Origin: Catenulispora subtropica
GTDB taxonomy: Bacteria; Actinomycetota; Actinomycetes; Streptomycetales; Catenulisporaceae
DNA length: 24,000 nt
Direction of reading: 5' to 3'
Assembly: GCF_039531675.1 (NCBI RefSeq)
Contig: NZ_BAAAQM010000050.1
Span: forward strand, 50,243-74,242
The notes beneath the pieces are model-generated. The model worked only from the letters and a program-made list of their open reading frames with translations, was not told the DNA's origin and did no database searches. Positions within the stretch are counted from its first letter, which is position 1. Every line of letters starts with the position of its first letter. Below are positions 20,127-24,000 of this stretch, piece by piece. The position numbers were made by a program, and so were the translations under genes.

Positions 20127-21242
20127 ATGACTGAGACCTCCGTCGGCCCCCTCGTTCTTCTCAACCCCGGTCCGGCCTGCACCACCGACCGCGTCCGCGC
20201 CGCGCTGGGCCGGGGCGACTGGTGCCACCGCGAGCCGGAGTTCTCCGAGCTGCTGGCGTCCATCCGCTCCGGGCTGAGCCGGGTGCTGAACGTCGGCGAC
20301 ACGCACGAGGCGATCGTCGTCACCGGCTCCGGCACCTCGGCGATGGAGATGGCGGTGATCAGCGCGGTGCGCGCCGGCCGCTCGATCCTGGTGGTCCGCA
20401 ACGGCGTCTACGGCGACCGGCTGGCGAAGATCGCCGAGGTGAACGGGATCGCCGTGCACTCGGTCACCAGCGCGTGGACCGAGCCGGCCGATCCGGAGGC
20501 GGTGCGCGCGGCGCTGGCCGAGCACCCGGACGTGGACGCGGTCGCGGTGGTGCAGCACGAGACCACCACCGGCATGATCAACCCGGTCGGCGCCATCGGC
20601 GCGGTCGCGCGGGAGGCCGGCGTGCTGCTGCTGGTCGACGCGATCAGCGCCACGGCGATCGAGGACGAGGGCCACGAGGATCTCCACGCCGACATCATCT
20701 GCGGCACCGCGAACAAGGGCCTGCACGGTCTGCCGGGCATCTCGTTCATCCTGTGCTCGGCCAAGGGGATCGAGCGCATCCAGGAGGTCCCGGTCCGTTC
20801 GCTGTATCTGAACGCTGACACCTACCTGACGGGGCAGCGCAAGGGCGACGTGCCGTTCACCCCGGCCGTGCAGGTGTGCTTCGCGCTGGACGAGGCCATC
20901 AAGGAGTTGGAGGAGCGCGGCGGCGTCGCGGCGCGGGTGGCGGAGTACAAGGAGCGTGCGGCCCTGGTGCGCGCCGGCTTCGAGCGGCTGGGCCTGTCGA
21001 TCCTGATCCCCGAGGAGCACCGCTCCAACTCGATCTCGATGATCTACCTGCCCGAGGGCATCACCTACTCCGAACTGCACGACGCGCTGAAGGACGAGGG
21101 CTTCGTCATCTACGCCGGACAGGGCGACCTGGCGAAGACGTTCTTCCGCGTCTCCACGATGGGCGAACTGCCGCTGCCGGTGCTGGAACGGTTCCTGACG
21201 AGCCTCGAAACGTCCATCGCCAAGATCCGCGCCGGTCGCTAG
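20127..21242 (+). CDS. Class V PLP aminotransferase, 2-aminoethylphosphonate:pyruvate transaminase (PhnW)-like / AGXT family
   Basis: LLNPGPACTTDRVRAAL...CHREPEF...VTGSGTSAMEMAV...VQHETTTGMINPV...LLLVDAISA...GTANKGLHGLPGISFIL (PLP Lys)...FFRVSTMG. The layout agrees with remembered PhnW sequences, but the HRxPEF motif is also typical of general AGXT enzymes, so substrate specificity is uncertain. Confidence 0.75.
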   Translation: MTETSVGPLVLLNPGPACTTDRVRAALGRGDWCHREPEFSELLASIRSGLSRVLNVGDTHEAIVVTGSGTSAMEMAVISAVRAGRSILVVRNGVYGDRLAKIAEVNGIAVHSVTSAWTEPADPEAVRAALAEHPDVDAVAVVQHETTTGMINPVGAIGAVAREAGVLLLVDAISATAIEDEGHEDLHADIICGTANKGLHGLPGISFILCSAKGIERIQEVPVRSLYLNADTYLTGQRKGDVPFTPAVQVCFALDEAIKELEERGGVAARVAEYKERAALVRAGFERLGLSILIPEEHRSNSISMIYLPEGITYSELHDALKDEGFVIYAGQGDLAKTFFRVSTMGELPLPVLERFLTSLETSIAKIRAGR

Positions 21243-21348
21243 AGATCTATCCACCGTTAACCCCGCTGGCTAGGCTGACGGTCAACGGGGCGTGTTCCGG
21301 CACGTCCCGGGACCGCCGGAGACATTCTCGGGTGGGAAGGGCCGAAGC

Positions 21349-22296
21349 GTGACACAGCTGAACCTGCACCGTCTGTCGATCTTCATGACAGTGGTCGAAA
21401 GCGGCGGCTTCTCGGCGGCGGCCCAGAAGCTCTACATGAGCCAGCCCTCGGTCTCCAACCACGTCCGCAACCTCGAGCAGTCGCTCCAGACCACTCTCAT
21501 CGACCGCTCCGGCCCCCGCATCCGCCCCACCGCCGAGGGCGAGGTCCTGGTGGAGTACGCCCGCCGCGTGTTCCTCCTGACCGAGGAAGCGGTCGCCGCG
21601 ATCCGCGAAGTGTCCGGCGTGCAGTCCGGCCGGCTGGAGGTCGGCGGCACGACGACGGTCGGCACCTACCTGCTCCCGCGCCTGCTGGCCCGCTTCCGCG
21701 ACCGCCACCGCAACATCGAGTGCGACATCGTGGTGGGCAACAACGGCCAGATCGTGAAACGCCTCCTGGACGGCGAACTGGGCCTGGCGATCGTCGCGGG
21801 CCAGCCCGGCGCCCCCCAGCTGAAGACGGAGACCGTCCTCGACGAACGCCTCCTCCTGGTCGCCGCGCCAGGCCACGCACTGACCCGCCGGCCGGACGGC
21901 ACGCCCCGCGGCCCCCTGACCCCCACCGACCTCGCCGGCGAACGCTTCCTGCTCCGCGAACCAGGCTCCCAGACCCGGGACCTCCAGGAAGCCGCCCTGA
22001 TCGGCTGGGACCTCGACGACATGGCCAAGGCCGACATGTGGGGCCCCGAGACCATCAAGCAGTCGGTCGCCGCCGGTCTCGGCATATCCCTGATCTCCGA
22101 ACACGCCATCGACTCCGAGGTCCGCGAGGGCAGGCTGGTGGTGTTGGAGATCGAGCCGGCGCTGCGGTCCCGACCGGTGGTGGTCGCCTACCGGCGGGAC
22201 CGGTTGCTGTCACCGGCGGAGCGGGCTTTCCTGGGGCTGGTGCGGGGGTTGCGGACGTGGCCGGCTTTGGACGGGGGACAGCGGGCGGTGGCTTAA
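21349..22296 (+). CDS. LysR-family transcriptional regulator
   Basis: GTG 21349 with GGGAAGG 8 nt upstream. HTH region LNLHRLSIFMTVVESGGFSAAAQKLYMSQPSVSNHVRNLEQSLQTTLIDR. Followed by a LysR substrate-binding domain. Confidence 0.88.
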   Translation: MTQLNLHRLSIFMTVVESGGFSAAAQKLYMSQPSVSNHVRNLEQSLQTTLIDRSGPRIRPTAEGEVLVEYARRVFLLTEEAVAAIREVSGVQSGRLEVGGTTTVGTYLLPRLLARFRDRHRNIECDIVVGNNGQIVKRLLDGELGLAIVAGQPGAPQLKTETVLDERLLLVAAPGHALTRRPDGTPRGPLTPTDLAGERFLLREPGSQTRDLQEAALIGWDLDDMAKADMWGPETIKQSVAAGLGISLISEHAIDSEVREGRLVVLEIEPALRSRPVVVAYRRDRLLSPAERAFLGLVRGLRTWPALDGGQRAVA

Positions 22297-22640
22297 GCCG
22301 AACCCTCCGCCACCTTCCCCATAGTCCCCGCCCGCGCCACGCCCTCGATCTCGACGCAGATCCCGAATACGCGCGCGTGCCCGGTCCACCCGTTGACGCG
22401 CCCGCGGTTGTTGCTGATCTGCACCCGCGCGTTCGCGTGGTCCACGGCCGACACCAGGTGCAGATACGTCGTCCCGGCCACGCGCACCAACACGATGTCG
22501 CCGGTCTCCAGCTTCGCCGGTTCCACCGGCGCCACCGTCACCTGCTGCCGACTGCGGATCAGCGGCACCATCGACGTCCCGGTCGGGCGGAACCGGACCC
22601 GCTCACCGGCGGCGACCCGTGTCGCGACCGCGTCCAACAT
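22293..22640 (-). CDS. Small cytosolic S24/S26 (LexA/signal-peptidase)-fold protein, non-canonical active site
   Basis: GTSMVPLI...GDIVLVRV...ISNNRGRVNGWTGHARVFGICV parallels the S26 motifs SM.P(T/L), GD.v and GDN...S.DSR.wG.V. There is no TM segment. His sits where I would align the general-base Lys (YLHLVSA vs fvKRviG). Start placed at ATG 22640 (MLDAV...); GTG 22667 is an alternative. Its stop overlaps the lysR stop by 4 nt (TTAA). Confidence 0.6.
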   Translation of the reverse strand: MLDAVATRVAAGERVRFRPTGTSMVPLIRSRQQVTVAPVEPAKLETGDIVLVRVAGTTYLHLVSAVDHANARVQISNNRGRVNGWTGHARVFGICVEIEGVARAGTMGKVAEGSA

Positions 22641-22690
22641 CCCCACGCCCGCAGCATCGCAGACCACCGATGCGCGGGCGATGTGTTTTT

Positions 22691-22726
22691 CGCCGGCGGT
22701 GCTCCGGTTACGCCGGCGGTGCTCCG
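22691..22726 (-). repeat. 20-nt-period tandem duplication spanning the last codons and stop codon of the Ser/Thr kinase gene
   Basis: cgccggcggtgctccg occurs at 22691-22706 and again, perfectly, at 22711-22726. The TAA stop (22708-22710 on the minus strand) lies between the copies. The coding copy encodes ...GAPPA*. Confidence 0.9.
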
Positions 22727-24000
22727 TGCGCGCCGTCGCACAGCGGGACGCCGCCGAAGTCGCCGTCGTTGTCGCCGCCCGCGGCGGAGACCGCGTTCAC
22801 CCAGCCCCAGCCGCCGTGGTCGGAGGCGGTCCAGGCCCACCACTTGTTGTAGTACTGGCCCTGGTGTTGGGTGCGGCCGGTGGCCTGGCACAGGACCCAG
22901 TTCGTGCCCTGGTGCAGGTAGCCGGTGATCGAGCCGCTGCTGGTGTAGACCGGAGAGCCGCCGCTCGAGCCGTCGCCGGGGGTGTCGAACGGGCAGTTGT
23001 AGCCGGTGCCCTGGGAGGTCGAGGTGGTGCCGCTGCACGGGACCGGCGCGGGGGCGGGCGGTGCCGGCTGGGAGGTCGACGGGGCCGGCTTGGACGTCGA
23101 CGCGGCCGACGACGGTGGGGCCGCCGTCGTGCTGTGGGACGCCGACGAGCTCGGCGGGTGGGCCGTCGAGCCCCCGCTGGAGGACGGCTGCTGGCCGCCG
23201 GCCGGGGCGCCGCCGGAGGAGGACGGTGCCTGGTTCGAGGCCGGGTTGCCGCCGGAGGCGGGGGCCGCGGCGGACGTCGGCACGTTGTCTCCCGAGCGGG
23301 GCGCGCTGCCGTTGCCGGAGATGTCCGACGCGTCCTTGCCCGACGGGCTCTGTCCCGGCGCCGAGGACTGGCCGCTCGCGGTGGCGCCCTGAAGAGCCGT
23401 CGAGTCCTTGTGGTCGCTCCCCTGGGAGGAGAACATCACGGCCCCGGCGACCGCCACGACGGCCAGCGCCACGCCGCTGATGATCGCGACCGGCTTCTTG
23501 CGGCTCGGGGGAGCCTGCCTGCCCCGCCCGCGCGGACCGCCCTCGGCGGGGGGAGGCCCGGGGTTGTAAGGGCTGACCATCGGCGGAGGCGTCGGAAGCC
23601 GGGTCTCCATACGCGGCGTCTCGAACCGCGGCGTGTCGAACCGCTGGCCGCCGGCCCCGGCGCCGCTACCTGCCCCACCACCTCGCGCCAGGTTCAACCG
23701 AGCCGTCTCAGCCGCGGCGAACCCCGCCGTCAGGTCGTAATCCCGCACCGTGTGCCGCGCCAACGGCTCCGGCAGCCACGTCGAAGCCAACTCGTACGTG
23801 TCATCCGTCGCGGACGCGTCGGACCAGTCGGGCGTGGTGGGGACGCCCGGCCAGTCGCTCGTCCCCCGCAGCCGCGCGGCGGTGGCCGCCATCCGCCCCG
23901 CGTCCGGCCGCTGCGCCGGGTCCTTCGCCAGGCACGCCGTCACCAGCGGCCGGAGCTCCTCGGGGAGGTCGGCGAGGTCGGGCTCGGCGTGCACCACCCG
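22708..24000 (-). CDS. Membrane Ser/Thr protein kinase, 3' portion (N-terminus beyond the window): end of kinase domain, linker, one TM helix, Ser/Pro/Ala-rich spacer, and a four-Cys extracellular C-terminal domain
   Basis: The frame is open to the window edge. DLPEELRPLVTACLAKDPAQRP is kinase subdomain XI. TM helix VAIISGVALAVVAVAGAVMF. C-terminal domain CSGTT...YNCPFD...GYLHQGTNWVLCQATGRTQHQGQYYNKWWAWTASDHGGWGWVNAV...VPLCDG. Confidence 0.85.
   Translation of the reverse strand, partial: RVVHAEPDLADLPEELRPLVTACLAKDPAQRPDAGRMAATAARLRGTSDWPGVPTTPDWSDASATDDTYELASTWLPEPLARHTVRDYDLTAGFAAAETARLNLARGGGAGSGAGAGGQRFDTPRFETPRMETRLPTPPPMVSPYNPGPPPAEGGPRGRGRQAPPSRKKPVAIISGVALAVVAVAGAVMFSSQGSDHKDSTALQGATASGQSSAPGQSPSGKDASDISGNGSAPRSGDNVPTSAAAPASGGNPASNQAPSSSGGAPAGGQQPSSSGGSTAHPPSSSASHSTTAAPPSSAASTSKPAPSTSQPAPPAPAPVPCSGTTSTSQGTGYNCPFDTPGDGSSGGSPVYTSSGSITGYLHQGTNWVLCQATGRTQHQGQYYNKWWAWTASDHGGWGWVNAVSAAGGDNDGDFGGVPLCDGAHGAPPA

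Noticed and set aside
21243-21348. Possible terminator or attenuator between the PhnW-like gene and lysR (CCGTTAAC...GTCAACGG, CCCCG...CGGGG)
   Set aside because: The stems are short or mismatched with no U-tract. I cannot distinguish this from background GC-rich self-complementarity.

Overview
High-GC (about 70%+) actinobacterial chromosomal DNA, Streptomycetales-like in codon usage and protein families. I call 24 protein-coding genes, two of them truncated by the window edges, plus one kinase gene relic. I found no rRNA, tRNA, CRISPR array, transposase, integrase or recognisable defence island. Many long ORFs in the six-frame track are GC-driven shadow frames and were discarded. Gene content is accessory or housekeeping with a strong secreted-enzyme flavour: a Tat-exported cholesterol oxidase (ChoA-like), a Tat-exported mycobacterial-type phospholipase C, a GH46 chitosanase, an Rpf-LysM muralytic factor, a 685-aa secreted multi-Ig-like protein and a Ser-rich lipoprotein. 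Other genes are a DapB-like dehydrogenase/CMD operon, a flavin reductase with a divergent ArsR regulator, a class I/II aminotransferase, an F420-type LLM oxidoreductase coupled to a Cys-cluster/pentapeptide-repeat protein, a Pit-DUF47 phosphate transporter pair, a PhnW-like aminotransferase with a LysR regulator, and the 3' part of a membrane Ser/Thr kinase followed by a small S24/S26-fold protein. I do not see a clear new multi-gene system. The most checkable non-obvious signals are: (1) a KstR-type operator in front of choA; (2) a two-unit PHO box in the pit/phnW-like divergent region; (3) a Ser/Thr-kinase fragment fossilised inside a divergent promoter region; (4) two independent tandem duplications that span a gene's last codons plus its stop codon; (5) a long structured rpf leader that lacks the canonical c-di-AMP riboswitch core; (6) an AT-rich near-perfect palindrome upstream of the large secreted protein; (7) uncharacterised domains in the secreted protein and in the kinase ectodomain. 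All family assignments come from reading the translations and remembered family signatures. No database search was run.
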